A DNA stretch of 64,000 nucleotides from the NCBI GenBank assembly GCA_039683095.1, contig JBDKSB010000012.1:92293-156292 (forward strand), read 5' to 3'. Shown here piece after piece: positions 1 to 8,816 of this stretch; the first letter of the stretch is position 1; each line of letters begins with the position of its first letter. Position numbers and translations under genes: made by a program. The stretch comes from Acidobacteriota bacterium (lineage in GTDB: Bacteria; Acidobacteriota; Aminicenantia; Aminicenantales; Saccharicenantaceae). The notes below the pieces were generated by a model that ran no database searches, was not told where the DNA came from, and saw only the letters and a program-made list of their open reading frames with translations.

Positions 1-2976
1 GCCGCGCAAAAAGCAGACGGGCGGCGTCCCATAGGTGACGCAGCCGGTCTCCCCGACGCCCTCTAGCAGGCCCGTCTCGTCCTCGAACATGTAAAAATAC
101 TTTGCACCGCCCTGGCTCCCGTAGCCTCCCGGCCCCGGCTCCCCGTCGCCGCCGTGCCGGCCGGTCCCCCATCCATTTCCGCCGGACGCGCCGCAGCCGC
201 TGCCGCCGTTGCCCCCGGGCTGGGGGTGGTAGGTCAGCCGCTGGCGGGCGTCGACGACCCGGACGACAAGCTCGACCATGGCCCCGGCGCAGTCCTTGAG
301 GTCCTTGACCCGGAGGTCCGGCCGCTTGCCCTGATAGAGATCGAGGTCGTCCCCGTCCGGCAGGAAGCCGAGGGACTCGAAGAGCATGCGTCGCTTCTCG
401 TCCGAGGCGATGTCGGCCACCTCCTCCATGTGCTCGAGACCCCGGAAGTAGCGCAGGACCTGGCGCGTCCGCCGCGGCTCGAGCGAGTCGAAGACGCCGG
501 CCTTGATGAGCGTCAGGAGCTCGGCCTTGCCGGGCTTCGTCCGGGCCAGGACGTCCTCGATCGACAGGTACTCGCCGCCCGCCGCCCGCTCGTCGAGGAG
601 GCGCTCGATCGTCTTGAGGCCCAGTCCCTTGATCGAAGCCAGGCCGACGCGGATGGCGCCGTTCTCGACCTCGAAGCCGGCGGCGCTACGGTTGGCGTCG
701 GGCCCGAGGATGCGCAGGCCGTTCCGCTTGGCCTCGGCGACGTACTCCGCGAGCTCGTAGTAGCCGCCGCCGGCGTTGAGCACGGCCGCGAAATAGGCCG
801 CCGGCCGATGGACCTTGAGATAGACGGCCTGGTAGGCCATGGCGGCGTACGAGGCGCTGTGGGCCTTGTTGAAGGAGTAAGAGGAGAACTTCTCCATGGT
901 CTTCCACAGCCGCTCGACGTCAGGCGCGGCGTAGCCGCGCTCGCCGGCCTCGCGGGCGAACTTCGCCCGGAGCGCCGGGTCGCCGCCCCGCCGTTTCTTC
1001 AGGCTCCGCCGCAGCAGGTCGCCTTCCTCAGGGGGCAGGCCGGCCACCCGCTCGGCGATCTGCATGACCTGCTCCTCGTATAGAAGGATGCCGCCGGTCT
1101 CGGGCAGGATGCGGGCCAGGAAGGCGTCGTCGCCGGGCCAGGGCCCGTTCGGCGGGGACGCGGAGCCCTGGGGAGCACTCCCGGGTCTCGCGGCTCCCCG
1201 CCCGCCGCGCCGCCGCAGGAGAGCTTCCTTCATGCCGCTCTCGGTCGGCCCCGGCCGGACCAGGGCCAGGGCCTGGGTGATCTCGTGGATGTCCGCCGGC
1301 TTCATGCGCCGCAGCAGGTTCATCATGGCCGGGCTTTCGACCTGGAAACAGCCGACCGTCCGGGCCGCCCGCAGGGCCGCGTACGTCGCCGGGTCGTCCG
1401 GCGGCAGGCTCCCCAGCCGGAGCTTCTCCTTCGTCTCCGAGATGGCCGCCAGGCCCCGCACCGAGAGGAGATCGAGCTTGATAAGCCGCAGGTCCTCGAC
1501 CGCGTCCTTGTCGAAGTGGGTCATGCGCAGGCCCTTGGCCGAGGTTTCGAGGGGCAGGTAGCGCTCGACCGGCCCGGGGGTCAGGATGACGCCGCCGACG
1601 TGGAGCGAGATCTCGTGGTAGACGTCCTGGAGCTCCGCGGCCAGCTTCCAGGCCTCGAGCCGGCCCGGGGCCGGGGCGGCCAGCCGCAGGCTCGACGGCT
1701 CGGCGAAATACGGCACGCGCTTCGACTGGCTCCGGGCCTCCTCGGGCGGCGCGCCGAAGGCCCGGAGCGTCTCGTAGATGGCCGAGCGGCCCCCGAAATC
1801 CTTCAGCGAGCAGACGTAGGCCGCGCCGGTCCGGCCCGCGCCGTAGCGCTCGAGGACGTAGGCCAGGACCTCGTCGCGGCGCCGCGAGTCGAAGTCGATG
1901 TCGATATCGGGCGGATCGGGCCGGCCGCGGTTGAGGAAGCGCTCGAAATAGAGGTCGAACTCCAGGGGGTTGACGTGGGAGATGCCGAGGAGCCAGGCCA
2001 GGAAGGACGAGGCCCCCGAGCCCCGCAGGTTGTGGAGGATGCCGCGGCGGCGGGCGAACTCGACGATGTCGTGGACGACGAGGAAGTACGGCCCGAAGCC
2101 CGACTGCTCGACCGCCGCCAGCTCGCGCCGGGCCCGCTGGCGCTCCTTCCAGGTCAGGCTCGGCGCGGCGGCCAGCCGCTCCGTGACGGCCTGGCGCAGG
2201 GTCCGGGAAAAGAGATCGGCCGGCAGGCTGGGGACGACGTTCTCGAAGACGAACGAGCATTTCCCGGTGACCTCGAACGTCCGGGCCAGGGCCTCCTTGG
2301 CGGCCTCGCCGAAGCGGCGCGCGGCCAGGGCGTCCTGGTCCGGGCCGAAGAGACTGACCTGGCCCAGGAGCCGGTCGCGTTCCGGCGGGAACGGGACCTT
2401 GTCCTCGATGGCGTGGAGAAGGATGAGGCGCTCCGGGCTGGTCAGGTACTTGACCGGGTTGGCCCAGACGACGGGCAGATCGGCGAAAGGCGAAGGGAAA
2501 TGGGGGACGTGTCCCCCATTTTCCGGTCCCCCGTTCTCCAGGATCCGCTCGAAGTTCCCGAAGTCCGCCCCGATGTACAGATCGCCCGGGGCGAGTTTCT
2601 CGCGCAGGTCGGCCAGCATGGCGGCCTCGGCGTCCCCGTTCCCCGCGTCCCCCTCCGGGACGTAGATCGCGATGAGCCCCGACGCGTCGCGGACCTCCCG
2701 GCGGTTGAAGATCTCCATGAGGTTCGAGTAGCCCTCGCGCTCCTTGACCATGAAGACGAACCGCCGCCCCCCGATCTCGAGCTCGCAGCCGAAGACGGGC
2801 CTGAACCCGGCCGCCGGGGCGATGCGCTTCCACTTGCCCCAGCCGTAGATGTTGCCGATATCGGCAAGGGCCGCGGCCGCGAGCCGCTTGCCGCGGGCCC
2901 AGGCGGCCGCCTCCTCGAGCGTGACGCTGCCCTTCCCCCGGCTGTAGACCGAATGAAGGCGGAGCGGCGTGAACAT
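1..2976 (-). CDS. dnaE2: Error-prone DNA polymerase III alpha subunit DnaE2, partial; C-terminus lies beyond the window start
   Basis: Hand translation of minus strand from ATG at 2976 gives ~990 aa with no stop. PHP-like N-terminus (LRLHSVYS...GKGSV). Pol III alpha hallmark FNKAHSASYAAMAYQAVYLKVHRPAAYFAAVLN. RBS GAGAGGAG upstream. Missing from ORF track because it has no in-window stop. Confidence 0.85.
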   Translation of the reverse strand, partial: MFTPLRLHSVYSRGKGSVTLEEAAAWARGKRLAAAALADIGNIYGWGKWKRIAPAAGFRPVFGCELEIGGRRFVFMVKEREGYSNLMEIFNRREVRDASGLIAIYVPEGDAGNGDAEAAMLADLREKLAPGDLYIGADFGNFERILENGGPENGGHVPHFPSPFADLPVVWANPVKYLTSPERLILLHAIEDKVPFPPERDRLLGQVSLFGPDQDALAARRFGEAAKEALARTFEVTGKCSFVFENVVPSLPADLFSRTLRQAVTERLAAAPSLTWKERQRARRELAAVEQSGFGPYFLVVHDIVEFARRRGILHNLRGSGASSFLAWLLGISHVNPLEFDLYFERFLNRGRPDPPDIDIDFDSRRRDEVLAYVLERYGAGRTGAAYVCSLKDFGGRSAIYETLRAFGAPPEEARSQSKRVPYFAEPSSLRLAAPAPGRLEAWKLAAELQDVYHEISLHVGGVILTPGPVERYLPLETSAKGLRMTHFDKDAVEDLRLIKLDLLSVRGLAAISETKEKLRLGSLPPDDPATYAALRAARTVGCFQVESPAMMNLLRRMKPADIHEITQALALVRPGPTESGMKEALLRRRGGRGAARPGSAPQGSASPPNGPWPGDDAFLARILPETGGILLYEEQVMQIAERVAGLPPEEGDLLRRSLKKRRGGDPALRAKFAREAGERGYAAPDVERLWKTMEKFSSYSFNKAHSASYAAMAYQAVYLKVHRPAAYFAAVLNAGGGYYELAEYVAEAKRNGLRILGPDANRSAAGFEVENGAIRVGLASIKGLGLKTIERLLDERAAGGEYLSIEDVLARTKPGKAELLTLIKAGVFDSLEPRRTRQVLRYFRGLEHMEEVADIASDEKRRMLFESLGFLPDGDDLDLYQGKRPDLRVKDLKDCAGAMVELVVRVVDARQRLTYHPQPGGNGGSGCGASGGNGWGTGRHGGDGEPGPGGYGSQGGAKYFYMFEDETGLLEGVGETGCVTYGTPPVCFLRG

Positions 2977-2995
2977 GGCGCGTCCCCCGCTCCTC

Positions 2996-4258
2996 TCATT
3001 TCGTCAGCGACGCCGTCTTGAGGACGTAGCCCCGCCGCGGGTCGAAGGCGTAGACGCCGTCGAGCATCTTCTCCCGGGCCGTCAGCACCGCGCCGAAGCC
3101 GTACTTGTCGCGGACCTTGTCGATGGCCCCGCCCAGCCGCTCCGGCCGTTCCGAGTAGGGCTCGAAAAGGGCCAGGGGCCGGACGCGCACCAGGTCCGCG
3201 GCCTTGACCCCGACCAGGCGCAGGGCCAGCCGCGAGCCCTCGACGAGCTCGAGGAACAGCTCCTCGGCGACCTTGTAGATCTTGCCCATCTCCTGGAGCG
3301 GCGAGAGCATCAGGCGGCGCTTGATCTCGGTCTTGAAGTCGGCGTAGCGGGCCTTGACCTCGATGACGTGGGCGTAGAGCCGGTCCTCGCGCAGGGCCAG
3401 TGTCAGCCGGTCGCAAAGGTAGGCCAGGTGGGCCAGGAGCAGGCGGCGGTCCCAGAGGTCCTCGAGGAAGGTCGTCTCGCGCGAGACCGACTTGGGCAGG
3501 GTCGGCGCGACCAGGGGCCGGCTGTCGATGCCGCGCGACTGGAGGTAGATGTCGTCGCCGGCCTCGCCGAAGAGCGTGTGCAGGGTCCCCCGCGGCAGCT
3601 CCCAGAGCTGGCCGATCGTGTGGACGCTCATCAGCCGCAGGACGACCTGGGCCTTGGGGCCGATGCCGGGCAGGGCCTCGATGCCGAGGTCGCGGAGGTA
3701 GTCCCGCTCCTCGCCTTCGCGGATCTCGAAGAAGCCGGCCGGCTTGGCCCGGCGGGTGGCCAGCTTGGCCAGGATCTTGTTCGGCGCCGCCCCGGCCGAG
3801 ACCGTGACCCCGATCTCGCCCTCGACCCGCCGCTTGAGCTCGCGGGCCGCGTCCACGAACGAGGGGTAGATGTGGCCGCAGCGGGCGAGGTCCAGGTAGG
3901 CCTCGTCGAGCGAGGCCTCCTCGACGTCCGGGGTGGCGGCGTGGAGGACGCGGAAGAAGCGCTCGGAGAAGGCTTGGTAGACCTGGTAGTTGCCGCGGAG
4001 GAAGACGCCCTCGGGGCAGAGCTTATAGCATTCGCGGAGGGGCATGCCGGAGTGGACGCCGAACTTGCGGGCCTCGTAGGAGCAGGTCGAGGCCACGCCC
4101 CGTTCGTGGGCCAGGCCGCCGACGATGACCGGCTTGCCCGCGAGCGAGGGGTCGAGCAGGACCTCGACGGAGGCGAAAAAGGCGTCGATGTCGACGTGGA
4201 CGATGTAGCGCCGCGGCCGTTCTTTCGACAAAGACACCTCTGCTTCCCTTTCTCGCAC
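2996..4258 (-). CDS. dinB: Y-family DNA polymerase (DinB/Pol IV-like) with catalytic acidic residues intact
   Basis: N-terminal VDIDAFFASVE and SLDEAYLD motifs, identical to the catalytic D, D and E motifs of Pol IV. 420 aa. Lies immediately between lexA and dnaE2. Confidence 0.85.
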   Translation of the reverse strand: MREREAEVSLSKERPRRYIVHVDIDAFFASVEVLLDPSLAGKPVIVGGLAHERGVASTCSYEARKFGVHSGMPLRECYKLCPEGVFLRGNYQVYQAFSERFFRVLHAATPDVEEASLDEAYLDLARCGHIYPSFVDAARELKRRVEGEIGVTVSAGAAPNKILAKLATRRAKPAGFFEIREGEERDYLRDLGIEALPGIGPKAQVVLRLMSVHTIGQLWELPRGTLHTLFGEAGDDIYLQSRGIDSRPLVAPTLPKSVSRETTFLEDLWDRRLLLAHLAYLCDRLTLALREDRLYAHVIEVKARYADFKTEIKRRLMLSPLQEMGKIYKVAEELFLELVEGSRLALRLVGVKAADLVRVRPLALFEPYSERPERLGGAIDKVRDKYGFGAVLTAREKMLDGVYAFDPRRGYVLKTASLTK

Positions 4259-4275
4259 GGTCCGATTCCCTTTTT

Positions 4276-4319
4276 CTCCCCTTCCGCGAAGGGGAGCGTG
4301 ATCTCGGGGGTCTCCCCCG
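4276..4319. other. Two adjacent GC-rich palindromes between lexA and dinB (CTCCCCTTCCGCGAAGGGGAG and CGGGGGTCTCCCCCG)
   Basis: Perfect inverted repeats read directly in the lexA-dinB intergenic region. Could be an attenuator/terminator or a protein-binding site. Confidence 0.3.
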
Positions 4320-4320
4320 T

Positions 4321-4947
4321 TCAGTACTTTCTCATGACGCCGATGACCCGGCCCAGGATCCTGGCCGAGGGCGCCTCGATCGGCTGGAAGGCCGGGTTCT
4401 CCGGGACGAGGAAGACCCGGCCGTCGGCCCGGCGCAGGCGTTTGAGCGTGACCGAGCCGTCGTCGAGCATGGCCACGACCATCTCGCCCGAGTTGGCCAT
4501 GTTGGTCCGCTCGAGCAGGACGTGGTCGCCGTCGTCGATGTAGGCGTCGATCATGCTCTTGCCGTCGACCCGGATGCAGAAGACGTTGCCCCGGCGGCGG
4601 CCGACCATCCAGCCCGGCACGTCCATGGCCTCGCCGGTCGTGTCGAACGACTCGCGCGGCCCGCCGGCGGGGACGAGCCCGGCCACCGGCACCCGGACCT
4701 GGCTCTCGACCAGGGCCGGGAGGCCCTTCACCCGGATCTCGCCGTCCTCGCGGCTGATGTAGCCCTTGCGCTCCAGGCTCTGGAGGTGCTTGAGGACGGC
4801 CGAGGGGCTGGGGATCTTCAGGGCCGCCCCCAGCTGGCGGATGGTCGGGGCGTAGCCGTGCCCGAGGACGAACTCCTCGACGGCCTCGAGGACCTTGGCC
4901 TGCCGGACGGTCAGCTCGCGTCTCAGCGTGTTTACCATTTTGTTCAC
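4321..4947 (-). CDS. lexA: LexA repressor (S24 peptidase family)
   Basis: Winged-helix N-terminus, cleavage-site region VAGLVPAGGP, and Ser/Lys dyad region GDHVLLER...KRL. 208 aa. Confidence 0.9.
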   Translation of the reverse strand: MNKMVNTLRRELTVRQAKVLEAVEEFVLGHGYAPTIRQLGAALKIPSPSAVLKHLQSLERKGYISREDGEIRVKGLPALVESQVRVPVAGLVPAGGPRESFDTTGEAMDVPGWMVGRRRGNVFCIRVDGKSMIDAYIDDGDHVLLERTNMANSGEMVVAMLDDGSVTLKRLRRADGRVFLVPENPAFQPIEAPSARILGRVIGVMRKY

Positions 4948-5020
4948 CTTTTAAAAAATAAGCCTGCCGCGGGCGTTTGTCAAGAGGAAATCGAACGAAA
5001 GGGAAAGAATGCCCCGGGAT

Positions 5021-5948
5021 CAGTCAAGCGTCCATTGTAGCGAAAAGGCCAGGACCTCAGGGAAGCCGCTGGGCTTCTCCCGGACGCAATAGAGGCGGTC
5101 GTTCTTGATAATGACGTCCCGCAGGGGTGGCCCGAGCTGGAGCCTCTGATAGCCCAGGGCTGTTCTGAGGACGCGAACGCCGCCCGGCGAGAACATGTCG
5201 CAGACGCCGGCGCCTGTCGCCTGGTTTTGCCCGTATCCGACGGCACAGAGCCGGTCATGATCGTCTGCCAGGAGGGCCAGGAACGGCGGGAATGTTCTTG
5301 GGAAGGCGAGGTTCCTCCAGAACGGGTGGTCCGGGGGGAGCGAATGGAGGCCTCACGGAATCCGTGAGGGACGTCGATCGCCGGATAGTCCGCCAGGATC
5401 TTGCGGATCAGGCGGCCGCTCAAGTCATAGACTTCGATCTCGCGACTCGAGGCCATGGACGTCAAGAAAAAGGAGGTTCGCGAAACCGCGACCAGGGGAA
5501 AATCGATGAAGGGGGTCTTGAGCTCGTCCTCGGCCGGAACGGGATACGCCTTCAGCTCTCGCCGCCTGGAAAAATCCGGACCGAACAGGCCGACGCCGTA
5601 TGAGGAAAATTCGAGAGTCTCCGGTTTCACCCGCACATAGGCAATGACATAATCCCCGTTGGCGAGCGGCAGGAAGCCGTGCGGAAAGGGAAAAAGGAGG
5701 TCCGGCAGGGCGACCGCGCGAACCACCGTCCCCTCCGCATTGAAGAACAGGACCTTCCGGCCGCCCAGGCTGACCACAGGGATCTCTCCCCCGGCATTCA
5801 GCCGCATGAACCGGGGATTCTGCACCTCTCCGGGCCCCTGGCCGATAGGGCAAAATGAGCGCACGGACCGGCCGCGGTCGTCGAACACGAAAACGGTATT
5901 CCCCGGCGTCGCGCCGCGCCGGGTGGTGTTCGCCGGCCCGCTGGGCAT
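5021..5948 (-). pseudogene. Six-bladed beta-propeller (NHL/TolB-like) gene with frameshift in a G6 homopolymer tract; N-terminus and signal peptide absent
   Basis: ORF 4980..5948 reads as credible propeller sequence for ~215 aa then turns to junk. Shifting +1 at the GGGGGG run (5333-5338) restores a credible C-terminus: ...NLAFPRTFPPFLALLADDHDRLCAVGYGQNQATGAGVCDMFSPGGVRVLRTALGYQRLQLGPPLRDVIIKNDRLYCVREKPSGFPEVLAFSLQWTLD, stopping at 5021. Confidence 0.6.
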
Positions 5949-6198
5949 CCACGGCCTGACGGTCGTCGTGGATCATGGCCTGGGGTTGTTCAGTATGTAT
6001 TGTCATTTGAGCCGGATCGATGTCGCGTTGTCCCAGGGCGTGACGCGGGGCGAAACGCTCGGGCTTTCGGGGTCCACGGGCCTGGCCGGCGGCGACCATC
6101 TCCATTTCGCCATGCTCGTCCACGGGACGTTCGTCAATCCCGTGGAATGGTGGGATGCCCACTGGATCCGCGACAACGTCGAGCTCAAGACGAGATGA
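5917..6198 (+). pseudogene. 3' remnant of an M23 (LytM-type) peptidase gene, only the C-terminal ~95 aa
   Basis: VVFAGPLGIHGLTVVVDHGLGLFSMYCHLSRIDVALSQGVTRGETLGLSGSTGLAGGDHLHFAMLVHGTFVNPVEWW matches the M23 C-terminal core including the HxH zinc motif. Upstream in-frame sequence is junk. Overlaps the propeller fragment on the opposite strand. Confidence 0.6.
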
Positions 6199-6279
6199 TG
6201 CGGCCATGACCGAACCGGGACCCGTCGGCGTCTTTGATTCGTGATCTGGCGGCCTGAACGTTTTCCGGGAAATCACGGC

Positions 6280-6394
6280 CTTGACTTCTCCGCCGGCTAT
6301 CGGCTACATTCCGGCCATCGCTAATCCCCGCCACAGGAGAGCAGAGAGCCCTGGACATCAAGGATGTCATCGACATCCGCTTATCCATCCGGGC
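6280..6394 (+). repeat. Direct repeat copy 1 (~115 bp): degenerate copy of the nitroreductase promoter plus 5' coding region, start codon mutated to CTG
   Basis: cttgacttctccgccggctatcggctacattcc...aatccccgccacaggag...ggacatcaagga(t/c)gtcatc...atccatccgggc is shared with 7923-8038 at roughly 85% identity. Confidence 0.8.
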
Positions 6395-6592
6395 TGAGCG
6401 GAGAAAGGAAGACGATCTCGTCGAAACGCCGCGTGATCTGGTTCACGAGGCGATGCTGTTCGGCCACGTCAACGACGGCGTCGCCGGCGTCGATGCCGGC
6501 TCTCAGATCACCTGCCTGGGCCAGGGCGCCGAGAGGATGAGGCCGCAGGTTGCATGAAGGCTAGCCAAAGAAACGGAGTGAGGGTTACTAAA

Positions 6593-7627
6593 ATGAATAA
6601 GAACCTCTGCTTGGCTATTTTCGGGATCCTGATAAGTGCTTCCATTTATGATGCCGCCATAGCACAAGAGATCAGCAGCCAGGAAATAAACTTTGAATAT
6701 TTATGGAACACATTCGATAAAAAGTATGCTCTATTTGTCCCCAAGAGAGTTGACTGGGATGCGTTGTACAGGATTTATCGGCCAAAGATATCCTCTCAGA
6801 CTTCAGAAACTGAACTCTTTGACATTATGGCCGCCTTGCTTAGCCACTTGAATGACAATCACGTCCGGTTAGAGTCTCCAAATCGTTCTTTCCGGTCGGG
6901 CGTTTTGGGTGCGATGCCACCGATGGATGATTTCTTTCCTCTCATCAAAACCAAATATCTTCATGGGTACAAAGATCGTGCTGCTGGCATGTTTTCCGGT
7001 TGGTTAACAGATTCCATCGGTTATTTTCATATCCAGTATTTTGAGAACGTGGAACAGAGCTCCGATGTCATCGACCAAATTCTTTATGAGTTTAAGGATG
7101 CAAAAGGAATTGTTATCGATGTTCGCGAAAACTACGGAGGCGACGACGAGGTCGGCAAGACAATCGCCGATCGTTTCGCCGACAAAAAGCGTTTGTATAT
7201 GCTGAAGCGTTGCAAGAATGGCAATGGGCATAATGACTTTGGCCCGCCTCAAAAATGGTATGTGGAACCGGAAGGACCTATTCAATACACCAAGCCTGTG
7301 ATCCTTCTCATCAATCGTTTCTCTGTCAGTGAAGCCGAGGTTTTCACTTTGGCCATGCGCGCATTGCCTCAGGTTACGGTTATTGGGGATGCGACTTCAG
7401 GTGTTTTTGCTGATGTTGATAAGGATATTCTTCCTAACGGCTGGACATTTAGGTGTCCATATAACCTTATTGAAGACGCCGCGGGCTTTTGTTGGGAAGG
7501 AATAGGGATTCCGGCAGATCTTCATCAAACGATTTCACAAGAAGATATTGCCGGCGGACATGAGAGGGTTCTTGACCTGGCAATAGCATTTTTAAACGCA
7601 AATAAACGCGCCGCGATTCGAAAATAA
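6593..7627 (+). CDS. S41-family C-terminal processing peptidase with signal peptide; low-GC, horizontally acquired
   Basis: Signal peptide [25 protein letters not shown]. Motifs [13 protein letters not shown] and [17 protein letters not shown]...VIGDATSG match the S41 catalytic region. GC about 40% against ~70% flanks. Alternative start at 6554. Confidence 0.8.
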   Translation: MNKNLCLAIFGILISASIYDAAIAQEISSQEINFEYLWNTFDKKYALFVPKRVDWDALYRIYRPKISSQTSETELFDIMAALLSHLNDNHVRLESPNRSFRSGVLGAMPPMDDFFPLIKTKYLHGYKDRAAGMFSGWLTDSIGYFHIQYFENVEQSSDVIDQILYEFKDAKGIVIDVRENYGGDDEVGKTIADRFADKKRLYMLKRCKNGNGHNDFGPPQKWYVEPEGPIQYTKPVILLINRFSVSEAEVFTLAMRALPQVTVIGDATSGVFADVDKDILPNGWTFRCPYNLIEDAAGFCWEGIGIPADLHQTISQEDIAGGHERVLDLAIAFLNANKRAAIRK

Positions 7628-7896
7628 TGACATTGCAGCCGATGCTGCGGGAACATCACGGATATGTCCGATCCTACGACGCGGTACGGCGGCATGTCCG
7701 GACGCGCTTTCCGGAGTTTTGCCGGAAGGGGGCTCAGCAGATGACCCCGGTGGCCGGCGCGATCGCGCGTCGGGCCCAGCCGTTGCCGATCGCTCCGAAG
7801 CTCAAGTTCCTCTTCGTGGCGCCGCCCGCGGTGGCCGGCTCGTTCGGGCTCGCTTGGCTGCTCACCCATGTCCCCGGGATCAAACGCGTCCTCTGA
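7627..7896 (+). CDS. Hypothetical small protein (89 aa), high-GC, inside the inserted segment
   Basis: ORF with native-like codon usage between the S41 gene and repeat copy 2. No recognisable family. Could be a gene remnant. Confidence 0.2.
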   Translation: MTLQPMLREHHGYVRSYDAVRRHVRTRFPEFCRKGAQQMTPVAGAIARRAQPLPIAPKLKFLFVAPPAVAGSFGLAWLLTHVPGIKRVL

Positions 7897-7922
7897 TCCT
7901 CGGGCCGCAACGAAACCGACAT

Positions 7923-8038
7923 CTTGACTTCTCCGCCGGCTATCGGCTACATTCCGACTGTTCGCCAATCCCCGCCACAGGAGACGAGAAGACCATGGAC
8001 ATCAAGGACGTCATCTACACCCGCCGATCCATCCGGGC
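7923..8038 (+). repeat. Direct repeat copy 2: functional promoter and first ~15 codons of the nitroreductase gene
   Basis: See copy 1. Contains TTGACT, an 18-bp spacer and TACATT, followed by ATG at 7995. Confidence 0.8.
7924..7953 (+). promoter_or_regulatory. Sigma70-like promoter (TTGACT, 18-bp spacer, TACATT) for the nitroreductase gene
   Basis: Read directly from sequence. About 40 bp upstream of ATG at 7995. Duplicated in degenerate form at 6281. Confidence 0.5.
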
Positions 8039-8561
8039 CTATGAGAGCAAGCCCGTCGACCGCGGCCTGATCCAGCAGGTGATCGAGGCCGCCGTGCAGG
8101 CGCCGTGCGGCATGGGCATCGAGCCCTGGAAGTTCGCCGTCATCCAGGACCGCGGGATCCTGGCCGACCTGTCCGGCCGGACGAAAGCCCACATGCTCGG
8201 CCTGATCGACCAGGTGCCGCCGCTCGCGAGGTACCGGGAGACGTTCGAGAGCCCTGAGTTCAACGTCCTCTACGGCGCGCCCGTGCTGGTCCTCATCTGC
8301 CGTTCGACGCAGAATCCAAGCCCGACGGCCGACATCGACTGCGCCCTGGCCGCCGAGAACCTGATGCTCGCGGCCCGCAGCCTCGGTCTCGGCACGTGCT
8401 GGATGGGCTTCGTGGGAACATACCTCAAGACCGACGAGGCCAAGAAGCGTTTCGGCATCCCGGAGGACCACCAGGTCGTGGCGGCGATCGCCGCCGGCTA
8501 TCCGGCCGTCGAGTTCACGACCAAGGCCAGGAATCCCCCGGCGATGATCTTCTGGAAATAG
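7995..8561 (+). CDS. Nitroreductase family protein
   Basis: [21 protein letters not shown]...WKFAVIQD matches the nitroreductase N-terminal signature. 188 aa. Confidence 0.8.
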   Translation: MDIKDVIYTRRSIRAYESKPVDRGLIQQVIEAAVQAPCGMGIEPWKFAVIQDRGILADLSGRTKAHMLGLIDQVPPLARYRETFESPEFNVLYGAPVLVLICRSTQNPSPTADIDCALAAENLMLAARSLGLGTCWMGFVGTYLKTDEAKKRFGIPEDHQVVAAIAAGYPAVEFTTKARNPPAMIFWK

Positions 8562-8816
8562 CCGCCGATGGCACGGACCGGTGCCAAGACCGGTGTTGAC
8601 ATCTATCCGCGTCCGGACGGGAAACGCCGAATGCGGCCCGGAATTGTGCCCGGCCCTCGAAAAGGCGCAATCCGTCTGGGACGGCGTTCCGAAAATCGCC
8701 GAGACCCTGTCGCGCGCCGACTTCGAAGCCTACGCTCAGCCCTACTGCGGCCGCCGCCTCCGCCTCGCGGCGAAGCAAGCCGCCCGACCCTGACCGGAGA
8801 TTCCGGGGCCGGCCGC

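Noticed and set aside
1028-3021. Long ORFs 1028..2833(-), 1285..3021(+) and 1970..2665(+) with R/G/P/A-rich translations
   Set aside because: Composition is typical of off-frame or antisense reading of high-GC coding DNA. The true gene here is dnaE2, in a different minus-strand frame. It has no in-window stop and so is absent from the ORF track.
8581-8793. 70-aa ORF between the nitroreductase and transglutaminase genes
   Set aside because: The C-terminal part looks protein-like, but there is no recognisable family, no RBS and no clear start. Probably intergenic or a relic.
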